In this document: piece after piece, positions 27,546-40,995 of the stretch
Layout: each line of letters starts with the position of its first letter
How positions within the stretch are numbered: position 1 is the first letter of the stretch
Assembly: GCA_048128005.1 (NCBI GenBank)
Contig: JBEUKZ010000083.1
Span: 62,001-126,000 of the forward strand
Reading direction: 5' to 3'
Source of the DNA: Veleropilina oligotropha
Lineage: Eukaryota
Length of the DNA: 64,000 nucleotides
Notes under the pieces: model-generated
What the model saw: the letters and a program-made list of their open reading frames with translations, nothing else
Told to the model about the DNA's origin: nothing
The model's database searches: none
Made by a program: the position numbers and the translations under genes

Positions 27546-30500
27546 ATGGCGAACGTACACCGTTTAATAAGACATCGCCGGCGTTTAAACGCAAGAAGAC
27601 GGCGCCAGCGAGTGGTCCTTGAGCGTAATGATTTAGAAAATATGTCGGAAACCGATATTTTCGCGAGATACCGCTTTACGCGAGAAACGCTCACTTACCT
27701 CATTACTCTATTATCGCCAAGTTTGTCAAGGTTGACAAGAAGAAGCCATGCCTTGAATCCCGGCACACAGGTGTTGGCATGCCTTCGCTTTTTCGCCACC
27801 GGTGCCTTCTTCCAATTAATCGGCGATTCCATGGGGATATCTAAATCCGCGGTCAGCCGGTCAGTAACTGCAGTGTCCATCGCACTGGCAAACATGGCGA
27901 GGCAATTCATTCGCTTTCCTGTCGGACATGTGGCAGACAGAACAAAGGCGGACTTCTACAAACTTGCAGGTAAATAAATATGCTGTTGTTGATTCTTCCA
28001 ATGCAAATGGCGACGCCGGTCCCCTAATAAAATAATTCCCATCCGGTGTCGCCTCCAAAAAATTACCGACGTATAGACCGTTTCAATGTTGCTAATGTAT
28101 AGTCGTTATCAAAATCGAAGCACACTTGTGTATTTATAAAAGATCATCATGGCAACCCCCCAAAACACATAGGCTCTACTATGTAACTCTTTCCTGATTA
28201 AAAGACATGTTTATTTATTCATCTCACCTATTAATTAGTAAAGAATAAATTTTATAACAATCAATCAATCAATTATTTATTGGCACAAGATCCATGTACA
28301 AAAAGATATAGCCAAGAAAATAATATATATACGTTCACAGACACATAATACAATACAAAAGTATAACAAGTTACAGATACATAATACAAGGCGCTACCCC
28401 GATATATAGCTGTGAAGGATTGTTTAATAATTACCAGGTTAATCTTTTGGAGCAGATAAAAGTTGCTCTCTAGTATTACAAATTTTGTAGATGAATTCAA
28501 ATATAATTTTTGAAATTTCGCTGTCACCCAAATTGTAGCCCATAATACAAATGAATTTTTCCTCATTGTTTAAGTTTAATGATTTTAAGTTCGAAATAGA
28601 CTCCAAATAATTAAATAAATATTGTCTTTCGCGGTGATATGAGGGGCAGAACATGGTCAAGTGTTTTTCATCCTCCACTGCAGGTGACTTACACACTTTG
28701 CAGACTCGGTTTTCAACGGGAACACTAGGGGTAGAATGTCTACCAACTTCAATTTGTTGGAGAGAATGGGCACTAGTCCTTAATTTGGTAAAAAGTGCCC
28801 GTCTGGTAAAAAATTTCTCACATAAAATATAATTTTCTATAGCAAAATATTGTTTAAATAATCTGTAGGTTCGAAGTTAGCACCCCTGTCCAGAGTTATC
28901 TGCAACGGTTCACACGCATATTCAATTATGATGTTTATGTACACATTGAATATAATTGATTTATTTTTTCATTATTTTGATTAAAATTAAGAAGGATTGT
29001 TTTGGATAAGTTTTATAGCAATTTTTTGTCACGATATTGTCACATGAATGTTTATTTTTCAGGTTTCCCCAATGTTCTAAGCGCCGTGGATGGCACATTC
29101 ATAAGGATTCAGGCACCATCAAATGATGAAGCCGATTTCGTCAATCGAAAAGGATTTCATGCCATAAACGTTCAGGTATTTGCTACTTATACACAGTTAA
29201 ATGCATTGCAACTCATTTCAGAAGGCATTTATGATTTATCAGTTGCTGTAATATGGCATGGAGCGTGGCTAGGTGTGGTTAGAACTTAGACAGGATCTAC
29301 GTTAACAAAAAGAGCATAGGGTATTCCATGGATATGCAGCCAAATTAAATACAAATCTGTTATTAAATATGTCGTTATATATTTGTCGTTTGATACATGC
29401 ATCTAATTTAATAATATAAGAAAATGGTAAATTAAGACAAATGCAATTGATTATAATTTTGTAAAATTGTTATCAAGCTATGCATCATTTCATCTATCAT
29501 GTATTTTGCTAAAAAATTACCATTTTCCAGATGTCATCAGATGCCCACTTCAAAATTACAAACATTGTTGCAAACTGGCCAGGATCTGTCCATGATGCTA
29601 GAATCTTCAGAGGGAGTCAGCTCTGCCAAAATTTGAACAATGGTAATTTCTAACACATTTCTAATCCTGTTTACAAGTGTTACCAAAGACCTTGGAACAT
29701 TCATGGTAGATAATTGTAATCTTCATTTAAGTAGGATGCCCCGGTAGTTTTGTTGTCTCGAGTGCCGACTCCGAAATCACTGGCTCAATTGTACTAATAA
29801 ACAGGAGTGGGTTTTAATCTCTGTTGTGACAATGGCACTCTTTCTTATGAATCTCAGTTGTTCATAACTGGCTCTAAAGAAAGGGCGGGATTCCCCTGGC
29901 TTTTCCCCCACGATAAGATGGACATATCCTGCTTCGAATATAATGGTTGGAAATATACAGGACATTAAGCATCGATACTACCCCTTCCTGTCATTTCTGT
30001 ATATTATTCCTTTGTTACGGAGATTTCAGCTTTAAATATTAATGTCAATCATAAATGGGCCTATTATCATTGTTTGTGTGTCTGTATCTGACTGGAGTGG
30101 GTGGGTTTCACCGGCCTATCATATCGCGATAATATGGACATGTCCAGCCTTGAACCTGAATACTGGAAATATATGGTCTAGTCACTTTGACACCAACTAT
30201 TGTTGATAAGCCAGGCATACAGGGGGCCGGTAGGCATATACAAAGTTGGAGAGGTGTAATTAATTTTTGTAATATTAAGAAAAACATATATGTGTTTATA
30301 GTACATACAAATAATATTTCAGGCACAAAATTTATATTATATGAACAAAACGATAACACAATTCATTAAAACTGTATTTATTGTAAAATGTTGCAGTTAA
30401 TTGAAAATTTTTAAATGCCCAATCAAGTTTATATAAAGTATGTACACAGTTACGTCTCAATTTATATATTAATATACAATTCATATATATGCAGAATTTA

Positions 30501-31524
30501 CAATATATGCTGGAACCCCATGCAGGGATGTGCCCAGGAATTTATGAGTGCCGGGTATAATAATTTTCAATGTCAATTTTCTGCGCCATAGGAACAATTT
30601 TTACAAATATTATGCATCTCAAAATCAAATTTCTGATACCCGAGTTACATTTATATCATACATTTTCAGTGTATATTATAAAATATACATTTACAGTGTA
30701 TATATGCTTATTTTTAACATCAAATATTCAAATATAGTGGTGGGTGGAAATCTAAATAATTTTGTTTGTGCCGGGTGGTAGCAAAGACTGCCGGCTGGGA
30801 CCACCCGGTGTGGGCACATCCCTGCCCATGTTAGAAAAAACCTTGAAGTTAACTAAATAATTTTTCATTTTCCAATGTGGTAGTTGGGCAGTCAAGTATT
30901 TATAAACCACCAATAACCAAATAAGGGTGAACTATTAACATGATCAGTTGGAAGGTCCTGAGTTCAATCCTCTGCCTCCCTTGTACACAGCAACAATTCA
31001 CTTATCATTAAAAGATTATTGCTCCATATTTTTACTGTAATACTGTTGGAGTGGTGGGTAAACAGCAATTCATATCCTGATGATCATCATCAACATGTAA
31101 GTACAATTAGCATTGATAATTTTGTTGAAAATTCCACTGTTTTTCAGGAACGTATGATGGTTTCCTGTTAGGAGATTCCGCATATCCGTGCACAGATTAT
31201 CTCCTAACGCCATTTGCAAACACACCAACAGCAAGCCATACAGCCTACAACAATGCGTTATGCCGGAGCAGAGTAGTAGTGGAGCAGATGTTTGGAATAC
31301 TGAAAAGGAGATTTGCTTGTTTACACAGCGGCTTGAGAGTTTCACCCATCAAGGCATCAATAATTACTACTGCATGTGCTGTACTCCATAATATAGGGAT
31401 CATCCGTAATGATATTCTTCCTGTCTACCCAGAGAATCAACAAATAGAAATAGATCATCTTCCGGCAACAGATAATGCACATGGTGCAATGCGAAATTAT
31501 ATTAGGGAGTCATATTTCAATTAA
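27546..31524 (+). CDS. Harbinger (HARBI1-like, DDE_Tnp_4) transposase, 4 exons, ~341 aa, open frame
   Basis: Exons 27546-27969, 29063-29175, 29531-29642 and 31148-31524 total 1026 nt; motifs [59 protein letters not shown]. Confidence 0.92.
28258..28880 (-). mobile_element. 3' fragment of RTEX-like LINE in transposase intron 1
   Basis: Zn-knuckle [22 protein letters not shown]+(TTGA)n tail. Confidence 0.75.
29735..29976 (+). mobile_element. SINE family B copy
   Basis: Shares body and GGACATTAAGCATCGA 3' end with 49830-50507 and 44958-45125. Confidence 0.65.
30523..30824. mobile_element. TIR MITE with 6-bp TSD (hAT6-like)
   Basis: TIRs CAGGGATGTGCCCA / TGGGCACATCCCTG; TSD CCCATG at 30517-30522 and 30825-30830. 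Confidence 0.85.
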
Positions 31525-32140
31525 ACTAAGATCATTAATATGTTGCCTCTATAATTGTAAAACAATAATAAAATTGGAATTAATTTATTATCACCACAAT
31601 TAATATCATAACACTGTGTATATTATTTATTTATGAAAAGTGTTTTAATATTAACCAATGATGAAATAGTAAGTAAACGTCATGTTTTATTTATTTATTT
31701 TGCTAGTAACATTAATTTAGCTGCAAAAGTTAATGCTTTCTGGTTGTTTCTCTGGGAGACAGCAATAATATCACAAAATATCAGCTACTAGTCTAAATTT
31801 GGTAATTTTTATTACATTTTTATTAAATACTTTTCAGTATGCCAAACATCTGCTCCACTACTACTCTACTCCGACATAACGCATTTACATTTTAATACAA
31901 GATCTAAATATATACAAATAAAACTTGTTGGACAAAAAAATTTTATTACATTTTAATACAAAATCTAAATACATATAAAGACAACTTTTTATTTTATTGA
32001 TAAATGAGCTAAAATTATGTCCAAGCTAAAGAGCAAAGCTGTCACATCAATTTATTTCTGTTCATATCATGGTCGTATGGCGGTCGTAAAAGAAAGTTGT
32101 CAGCCAACCATTATCCATATTTATATTTAACGAAAACACA

Positions 32141-32370
32141 CCCGTCCTCGTTAGCTTAACTGGTTAGTGCGTCGGAAAAACGTTAAGTGGGACAGTAGAA
32201 TGTGGGTTCAAAGACCCGCTTCGGCGTGACTAATTCTAATGCTTAAATCGAATATTAGGCATATACCTAATTTATGTCGGTCAGATCGGAGTAAGACCTT
32301 AAACTGGGTGTCTCAATTCGTAATAAGGCTGAAAAATTGTCAAAAGAGTAGCCGTAAAACAAATGTACCT
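32141..32370 (+). mobile_element. tRNA-derived SINE-like fragment
   Basis: A-box-like TAGCTTAACTGG, B-box-like GGTTCAAAGACC, 3' GCCGTAAAACAAA. Confidence 0.4.
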
Positions 32371-32774
32371 AATACCGGTACTTTCACAAAAATAATAATT
32401 TATTTGAAAAATAGTTAACTAATAGCATGTAATTTATTTTTAAAATATGTCCTTATATTAATATTAGTACATATTAAAATTATATAAACTGATGTGAAAT
32501 TTTTGCGAATATGCGCATTGCTGCGGAACTTCAAGCTATATAACAAGGATTCAGATGCAGTTGTTTACATCAATAATATGCTTAGGTCGAGGCTTCCGAC
32601 TGAACCGATTATCTAATAAATAAAATACTTTATGTTGCATGTTAATTAACTTGTGTCATTAAAGTATTAGTAAATTTCGTACAGAACCAGCATCTAAATA
32701 AAGGATTGTAAAATAAATTGTAATCATTAATATTTTAATACAAGAATTATGGTGTTCAAATTTAAATTGAATAT

Positions 32775-35348
32775 CTATTTGAGAATGTCTAATAAATCAG
32801 AAGCCTCAACCTGACGCTCCAATAATAAAACCTGGAGGTCCGCAGCTCTCTTCTCTGCTAACAGCTTTGCTTTTTGGATTGGAAATAATTCCAGCTCATT
32901 CAACAATTTTCTTTTTTCTAATTTCAACGTTTCTATTTCTAATGCAACCACTTCATCATCACGACTTTGACTTTTCCTCTTCCGTGTACTCTTTGTCGGA
33001 GGAGGAGAGGCAAATTTTGATTCTAAAAGATAAATATATAATACAAATTTGAAAATTATAATACAAATAAAGGGTTGAACGTTTCTTGAGCATAACACGA
33101 ATGGATATGTTGTGCGATGTAGTGCAATACTTAATAGTCAACAATTGTATTCCACCACCATTTTAACTCCATCCATTTAAACACCCCCTTTATTCCTTGT
33201 TGTTCTGTAATACATTTATTTAATTACTGTTTTATTTATTATTGTATATATATATGACATTTGATAGCAAGTAAACAGTGTTCATAAATTATTGGGTGAT
33301 ATACTGTATGCTTGAATTTGAATACAAATTCCGTAAACCTTTTGCAATCAGTGTTTAACATATGAAATTAAACCTTGTTATTTGTGTACAATAGATTATG
33401 CATTGACAACTTATTTTTTCCATATTTATTGGGTGTTGTCTAATTCAAATTGTTGGAAAATAAAACAACTTATAATAAATAGCAATTTTAAATACATTAC
33501 AAATGTCACTAATATAAAATAAATATAATATATATATATATGTAGTAAATTATATGAATTATGTTGTGTATTTATGCCATATACATGTGTGTGTGTGTTA
33601 TGTTACATACAATTTAATATTCATATTAATCTGTTTTCTAGGTTTTTTGGATTTGTTGATAGATTTAATTGAAATTGGAAATGGATGAAATAAATGAAAA
33701 GTGTATGCACTAAATTGTTCTTATCATTATTTATTGTAGACTATGTTGACATCGTGTATATCAAAAGTGTCAACTAGTGCTAGAGCCAAAAATCCACAAA
33801 CCGGAAATTGCATCATAAATTCCGAATCCGAGTAACGGGTATTTTTACTCAGCTGCATGCCATTGTGTACACTGTTGACAGATCGTATGGTGGGTCCCAT
33901 CTCATGTACAAAAATTGAGTCCGTTGGCAAACGTAATACGTTGGAGGATAATTAATGACTTCGGAAATGTTTAATGATGGCATCATGATGAAGTTAGAAA
34001 TAATTTAATATTGTCGTACTTGCACAAATACATGGAGTGTCGATGATTTCTGCCCAGCAGGTTGCGATAAATTGTTAGGAAAGACAGACATGGTGATTCC
34101 AATATACACCCCCCCCCCCCACCGTATCTTGCTACAGTAGATATGATAATGCACACTAATATTAATTCACTTACCAGAATTCGATGGAACACGCCCTTCG
34201 TCACAGTCTTCGGAAACTAGCATATTTGGATCTGTGAAGCAAATAATTTACATTAATTTTTAGACAGGGAATTTGCTTTATATATTATTAATAAAATATG
34301 TAGATGTACTCAACGAAAAAGAAGATATCAATTGCTGTGCAGTTTTCACTCACATGTAAATTTTTAGGGTGTAATATACCGATCAGTGCATATAATCTGC
34401 CTTTGTCTGACGCTGAACAGGACACAAGTATTTCATTGGGTTTAGGGAAAAGTTAAATCTGTTGTCACAAGGTAGCGGTGAGTATCGAGAGAACTGTTGC
34501 CTGAGTACGGCATTTCGAAAGCACATCTAGAAGTATTGATTGTGCAGTGATCTTGGTTGCGACAATACTGATAGATGTGCAGTCGAAACGACGTACTTTC
34601 AAAACATGTTTCGATTTATTTAAAAAAAGTTTACATTATGTCATCACTAAGAACCAATAACAACATCTTCCTAATCAATATCCTGTAGGGTTACTTTTAG
34701 TTATTCTTTGGAACTCTTCATGTTACACCCATCATAATGTAGTAAATACTATATATATTATATTTCCTATTTTTACTAAACAAATCGACTAATAACCAGT
34801 TGCATGCAACATACTCATAACCTACATACAGTGGAGTACATGTATACTCAAATGCCAATAAAATCACAACACCGCAAGTTTCTATCAAGATTTATGTAAT
34901 CAGTAATGACATTAAAGTGATGTGTAACAATTATCACTATGGATCAAGTTCATTAAAAATTAAAACGTTTAGCAGTATATGCGTAGGCCTGCAATCCTAT
35001 ATATATAGCATCTAAAAAAATAGGCATAGGAGGAACAATTAGGCTACGGAATTTAGGAAGTAAAATAATTACTAGTATTTGTAATAATACAACTCGGAAG
35101 AAGTCTGCCGTCTACGGTCGATGCGATAATTTCATTATGCGTATTTCGAAATCAACTTACGCATTAACAGACTGCTGGATTTCCTTCCAGGTTTGTTCTT
35201 TGATGTCCGCTGACACCGACGCCTTCCCCGTCCATCCACATCCACGAAACTTTCCGAATAATTTGTCTTCATGGTCACCGATTTATTTTATTAAGATTAC
35301 CCTCTCTCTTTCCGTCCAATTCGCAGACCTTTTTTTACCTTCCTCCAT
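32775..35348 (-). pseudogene. Harbinger Myb/SANT-like DNA-binding accessory gene, disrupted
   Basis: Exon 35348-35161 reads MEEGKKRSANWTERERVILIK*IGDHEDKLFGKF..KEQTWKEIQQSVN (in-frame TAA); small exon ~34230-34174; last exon ~33023-32775 is coiled-coil. No exon completing the Myb domain was found. Confidence 0.8.
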
Positions 35349-37929
35349 ACTAATTACTCGTAAAAACAATGCGCAAATCGAAAAAATTGACGTATATACG
35401 CACAAGCCTATTATAAACAATAATGCACAAATAACAGACGACACTTACCTTTTTATAGTCCCCTCGCGCTGACACTTCAGTGTCATTACACGCACAACGT
35501 CGCCATGTTACCACGCTGCGGTGTGAATAAGTGACTTCAGCTGCTCTTTTCAATTGAAGAGCCCCTGTAAGGCCCCCAACAACGTTGAAAATAATCCTCA
35601 TCTTCTTCCTCAGCTGAGGACGTCCTCAGTGACGTTGAGGAAGTTTCGAGGAACGCATTTTGAGATTTTCCTCAGCTGAGGAAAAATCTCAGCGTATTTG
35701 AGGATAAGGAAATCTTAAGTTAAGGAGCTTTGAGAAACCGAGGCCTGAAGACTCATCTAGAGAAAACGGAGGGGCATGGAAAACCAACAAGGAGCGCGGG
35801 AATCAAGGGAGTACATGGAAAGGAGGAGTCAATGCAGAACAACGAATAATCATCAAGGGTGGGGGTGTTCTTTGTTGATTCTGTCTTTTAAATGTTACAC
35901 CTGAATATAACTTGTTAATTAAAGTAATAATTGCCGAACCAAATGTATCAAATAGTGTAGATAAAATGGAAGTGAACAAACTTGTGCCACCATCTGTGCC
36001 AAACCGGTTAGATAAGCAAAGATGCAATTACAGATGTTTAAAACCGGGAAATGAACAAGTTATTAAAAGGAATAAGAATTAAAAGTAGGAGACTGGATTC
36101 ATGAAACAAATGTAATGTAAATAATTTAATTGTGCATGCTTTATATTTATTTTATTATATTGAAACGGAATAGGGAAGATAGTAAACAATATTGCAAGAG
36201 CTAAAATTGTATTATGATATATATATATATATATATGTATTATTTGAAACGGAATAGGGACTAAGATAGTAACCATTGTATAAAGAGCTAAACTGTATAT
36301 TAATTAGAAAGAAATGCTTTGTGAATATTATGAAATGAATATGTGTTTGTATATTAAGTTTGATTAAGATGAAATATAAATGTCATTATGTGTATTAAAA
36401 CTAATAGTGAAATCGCACTATTATTGAAGGATGTAAAATATAATGGAATATAATTGCTTTAAAATTGTTTGATTTCATTATATATTAAGAGGTTAGAGAT
36501 TAGGAGTGGAAGACATGTCCGGGAGGATTGAAAGATATGTGAGGAACGCACATGTGATCATAGATGCACATTTGGTGTTGACAATATGTCAGGGGCAGAT
36601 ACGCTCTCTAAAGGTGGATTAACCTTTGCACCACATACAGTTCGAATCCGGATAAGGACGAACTGCTAGTTTGAATAGACCTAATAAATGACAATGATAA
36701 AATATATATTACTGTAATTGAAATCAAATGATAATTATGTTTTCCAAAATGCATATTGAGTTGATTAAATAATGCAGTGTATAAAATGTAGCTTAAATGT
36801 AATCTGTGTACTAATTGTGTGTAAAGAGTATAATGTTGACTGCAATGCCCAGACAGATGCATAAACGGTGTCAGGAATGTTGTGACATGTTATTAAAACC
36901 AGGCTTGGTTGCAGAACCATGGAGCATGGTTGACCTCGGGTCGCGTTCCGACTGGTGATAACATATGCAGTTGTAATGTAATGTATATCAAATTATGACA
37001 AGGTATAAACGTTAATAGTGTGTACTGTTGTTGCAGATTAGCTGTTAATTGTTTTGTATAAATGTGATGAGGACAAAAGTGTAGATGACTGGTGTAGTTT
37101 AACATATAAATCGACTTATTAGTAGAGGTGCATCTAAGAGTTGTAGGGGTGCATGAGAGTGTGAGTTGACAGGGTATAGTAGACCGGTTTGTGTGACATC
37201 TACTGGAGAGTGAATAAGAGTCTGTGTTCCATGAGTTGCTTTATCCTGACTGATATATCAACGCATTGATCTTCAGAGGTTCCCGGGGACCTTCGCGGTG
37301 GTTTCTTTGTAAAGGCCTGCAGAGTAACACACTCCCTCGGTGCGAGGCTAGCTTGACTGTTGATCTCATGTCGAGACCTTCGTGATCACATGGAGGATGA
37401 CCTTGTGAAAGTAATTTCCAGATAGAAGTTTGCTTGGTACGAGATGATTGGTCATTCTACTTCAATGTCGACTTGCCATGTAAATAAGGAGAAGTTAACC
37501 AGAATAAAAGGGTAATGAGAGATTGACAAGATAATTAATAAAAGAAGCCTTAAATAGAGCAGCGAAGGTGAAGAAACGTAAACTAGGAAAAGTTCAAAGG
37601 ACTTGTAGTTCCAATCTCTGTTAACGTAATTGCTGGCTCTAAGTTAAAACAGTTGAATTGAAAAAGGCAAAAATGTTGAAAATCACATGGCCAAGTGATA
37701 ATAAAGAAGAATAAGGATATATAGAAGACTTGAGTTATTTAATAGGCGAATCAAAGAATAAGTTTGCGATTGGGGATTGGTGTGTGCATCATGTGACACT
37801 TGATGGCACTGACCAGACAGTACAGTTACACCCGGAAATTTGAGAAATACTTTTGAAATTTAAATTAAATTCAATCAGAGAATTATATAAATTCATTCTA
37901 AATCTGAATGTGTTGCGTATAGTTCCCAG

Positions 37930-38427
37930 ATGACCTTGTCATCTTACTTTCAATGCGAAGATAAATTTGTAGTTAAAGACGCGTATAAAGATTTGTTGAA
38001 GTTAAGAAATACGAGTAACTTGCACATTTGGCATAAATTCGAAGTTGCGTTTTCAAATTTTACGCAAATAAAAATTCCAAGAAAGCTAAAGAATTTGAAG
38101 AATTTGCCTTTAGAAAATGTTATTTCAGAATTAAAAGACATACAGCGTATGGGGGACACTACGATGTTCACATTTATGGATTCGGTTTCAATGGGAACTG
38201 GTTCCATAGTCATTGTTGTAATTATAGTATTTGTATTGTATAAATGTACAACTCGTTGTAAGAAATGTTTCTGGTCGGCCTTAAGTTTAAGATCAGGTGT
38301 TACGACAGATAAAAGAACACACGTAACCGATAAACTACAAGAAATCGAACTCGGTGAAATTAAACTGATAACTTCTAAAGATTCAGCAGTGGCCTGTACC
38401 TTGGCGGACAAGCATTATGTCTTTTGA
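37930..38427 (+). pseudogene. Env-like glycoprotein C-terminal remnant of the LTR element
   Basis: 165-aa ORF with TM segment IVIVVIIVFVLYKC followed by a Cys/basic tail, located upstream of the PPT and 3' LTR. Confidence 0.55.
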
Positions 38428-40175
38428 TCGAGAGGATCAAACACTCAAAGCTGAGAAGCAGTGGAAGTTGTAAACCTTGAATGGACGATGAATATTAAGA
38501 TGAAAAATGAGAAGGGGTTACTAAGAATAAAAGTAATGAAAATATTATTATAAAATGTGCACTGTATACTAGTAATGAATTACATTACTTAATCTTAAGA
38601 AATGTACACTGTATACTAGTAATGAATTACATTACTTAATCTTAAGATTTTGATGTTAGGTGACATGTATGCTTATGTTAATTTTATAATGAACTATGTG
38701 TATAGCTTAAGATTTTGTTGTCTTGAAGTGACATTGTGTTAGGTAAACTTAAAATGTGTACTGGTGTTGAAGGAAGCACCATTTTAATTGAGAAAACATG
38801 GTATTTTCTCAAGAATTTGATACTTTTCACACTTTGATCTTTCCAAGGCCCCCCAACTGAGCCACTGATGACGTACTGTTGCGTGTCGTGAGTGACATCA
38901 ATGGATTCGGGAATCATCTATACGTACTGTGTTCTTCTACCTTCATCTTCTTCTCGTCTTCGATTGGATCACGGATTTTCCGAATGGACTATGTTCTGCG
39001 TGATTCGTCTCGTTGTACCATTCTTAATTCGGACGTTGGACTCACTGGATGTGCTCTGAAAATGAACTTTGTGCGCGATCAAATTCTAATTATCGACGTG
39101 TGCGGACAATATTATACGTCAAATTTAAATCTTTCGGAGTGAAATGACTTTAATATTTGATGATTTAATAATCTGAATATTCCATTTATATCGAAAAATA
39201 TGAACCATTGTGTATTATATGTATACATTGATTTATTCGCTTTCAGATAGATAAGTAGATATTAGAGAATTTTAATTTTATTAATATTCTTAAATGGGAA
39301 AGGTATCTATTACAGAATAGAGTAAAAGTACTTGTTTTCTAAAGCTGATTTAGATTGATAATTTATTCATTATAATACAAGAGAGTAGAGCTTTAATATT
39401 TCCATTTTGCAATTGCGTTCAATTTAGTGAGAATTGTTTACATAGTTTCGGTACTGGAAACACAGCCTTTGTTTATAAATATTATGGAAAGTCGATATAA
39501 CCAGTGCATGTGTAGCTGTCATGCATGCGATCGCACGCATAAATCACAGTATTTTCCATCATGTCATGCTGACTAATTATCGCCTGTTATCCATAGACCA
39601 ATGAAATAGCTGTACTTAAAGACCATTTGTGGAACTTGTAGCTTTTAAAACTGACTGTTCTGTATTGTGATGTTAGACGGACTGGAAATCGACCTCAATA
39701 ATAGTCGGACTCGTATAATCGCTGCTTAGCTTATATATGCGTTATGTAATCACCATTATTCCATGCTGCTGTTGTCAATAAACATTTTATCCACATATGT
39801 GGAATCATCGCAGTTATCTAGTACATAGAGCCATGCTAATATGAAGTAATCAGACCAGACATTTGGTGGACTTGACGCTAGTCACGGAGCGTTCAGTCTT
39901 TACCATCGAGCAGTTCCGATGAGGTCTCACAACGCCTTGATTAAGGGGCTGTTCTATCGAATGTCTTATTTCTGAGATGATCACTTATAAGAAGCAGAAA
40001 TCGCTGGTAGCACCTTGGCTACAACTATGGCGTTGGTACTATTACTTTGACTATTTTGAAACCGATATGCAGCAACCTTTGATATTTCCAGATTACCATA
40101 TTATCTCCCAGCCTTTACGGTTTCCAGGAACGTCTTCGAAGAACTAATACCAGTGAAATCGGTGACATCGTTACA

Positions 40176-40995
40176 TACATACACCCATACATACCTGCGT
40201 ACATCCATATATTCATGCACCCATACATATCTGTGTATAATCCATATATTCATACACACACATGCATACATTCCTGCGTACATCCATATATCCATACACC
40301 CATACATATCTATGTATATCCATATATCTTACCTCCAACAAGTTTCCACGATAGCGATTGGGTTAGACCCATCACGTGTCGACGGTGTATAATCCATATG
40401 GGGTTACTTCACCTCCATATGGGGTCGGTATAGAGTTATCGCCCCTGTCAGTGCCTGTGGCTTACAAATCGATAAACAATATGGCGGCCAAAAAACGGTT
40501 CGCGCAGACGACACCACAGGAATGTTACCGGTTTAGACAGGTTAAAGTGTAAAAAAAGGTTGTCGGTAAGATATATTCGTTACATGGTGCTTTAGTGACG
40601 TAATACGGTATATACAGGGTGAGTAGAATTCATATCAGGCTCGAGCTTCGCTCTCGCCTGATATGAATTATACTCACCCTGTATATACCATATTACGTCA
40701 CTAAAGCACCATGTAACTAATAATATTCACACACACACATGCATACATCCATACATACATGCGTACATCCATATATCCATACATATATGCGTATAGCCAC
40801 ACATTCATCCTCATGGGACTACATGCGCATATCCATACATACATGCGTACATCCATATATCCATACACCCAAACATATCTGCGTATATCCTTATGTTCAC
40901 GCACACACATCAATAAATACCTGCGCACATCCATATAGCCACACATTCATCCTCATGGGACTACATGCGCATATCCATACATACATGCGTAGCCT
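40176..40995. repeat. CATAC/ACATCCATAT-rich degenerate minisatellite (continuation of ~25885-25990)
   Basis: Directly visible; the His-rich ORFs here are artefacts. Confidence 0.85.
40322..40723. mobile_element. Hairpin-terminated non-autonomous element, family 1 (complete copy)
   Basis: Short IR 40322-40339 / 40559-40576; long hairpin 40579-40717; inserted in the minisatellite. Confidence 0.85.

Larger units (their letters stand above)
27344..35744. mobile_element. Full-length PIF/Harbinger DNA transposon (two convergent genes)
   Basis: ~35-bp TIRs GCCCCGGTTTCTCAAAGCTCCTTAACTTAAGATTTCC; TSD CTG at 27341-27343 and 35745-35747; transposase (+) and Myb/SANT-like gene (-). Confidence 0.95.
25991..40175 (+). 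mobile_element. Non-autonomous LTR retroelement (Gypsy/errantivirus-like) with env-like remnant
   Basis: Diverged LTRs 25991-26868 and 39308-40175 (TATTAC...GTYACA); PBS-like TGGAGCCAGGTGACCAG|GA at 26879; PPT AAATGGGAAAGG at 39292-39303; imperfect 4-bp flanks TATA/TACA; inserted in a CATAC-rich minisatellite that continues on both sides. Confidence 0.8.

Noticed and set aside
37278..37305. GACCTTCGCGGT resembling the hairpin apex motif
   Set aside because: No long flanking inverted arms and no GA/GA mismatch.
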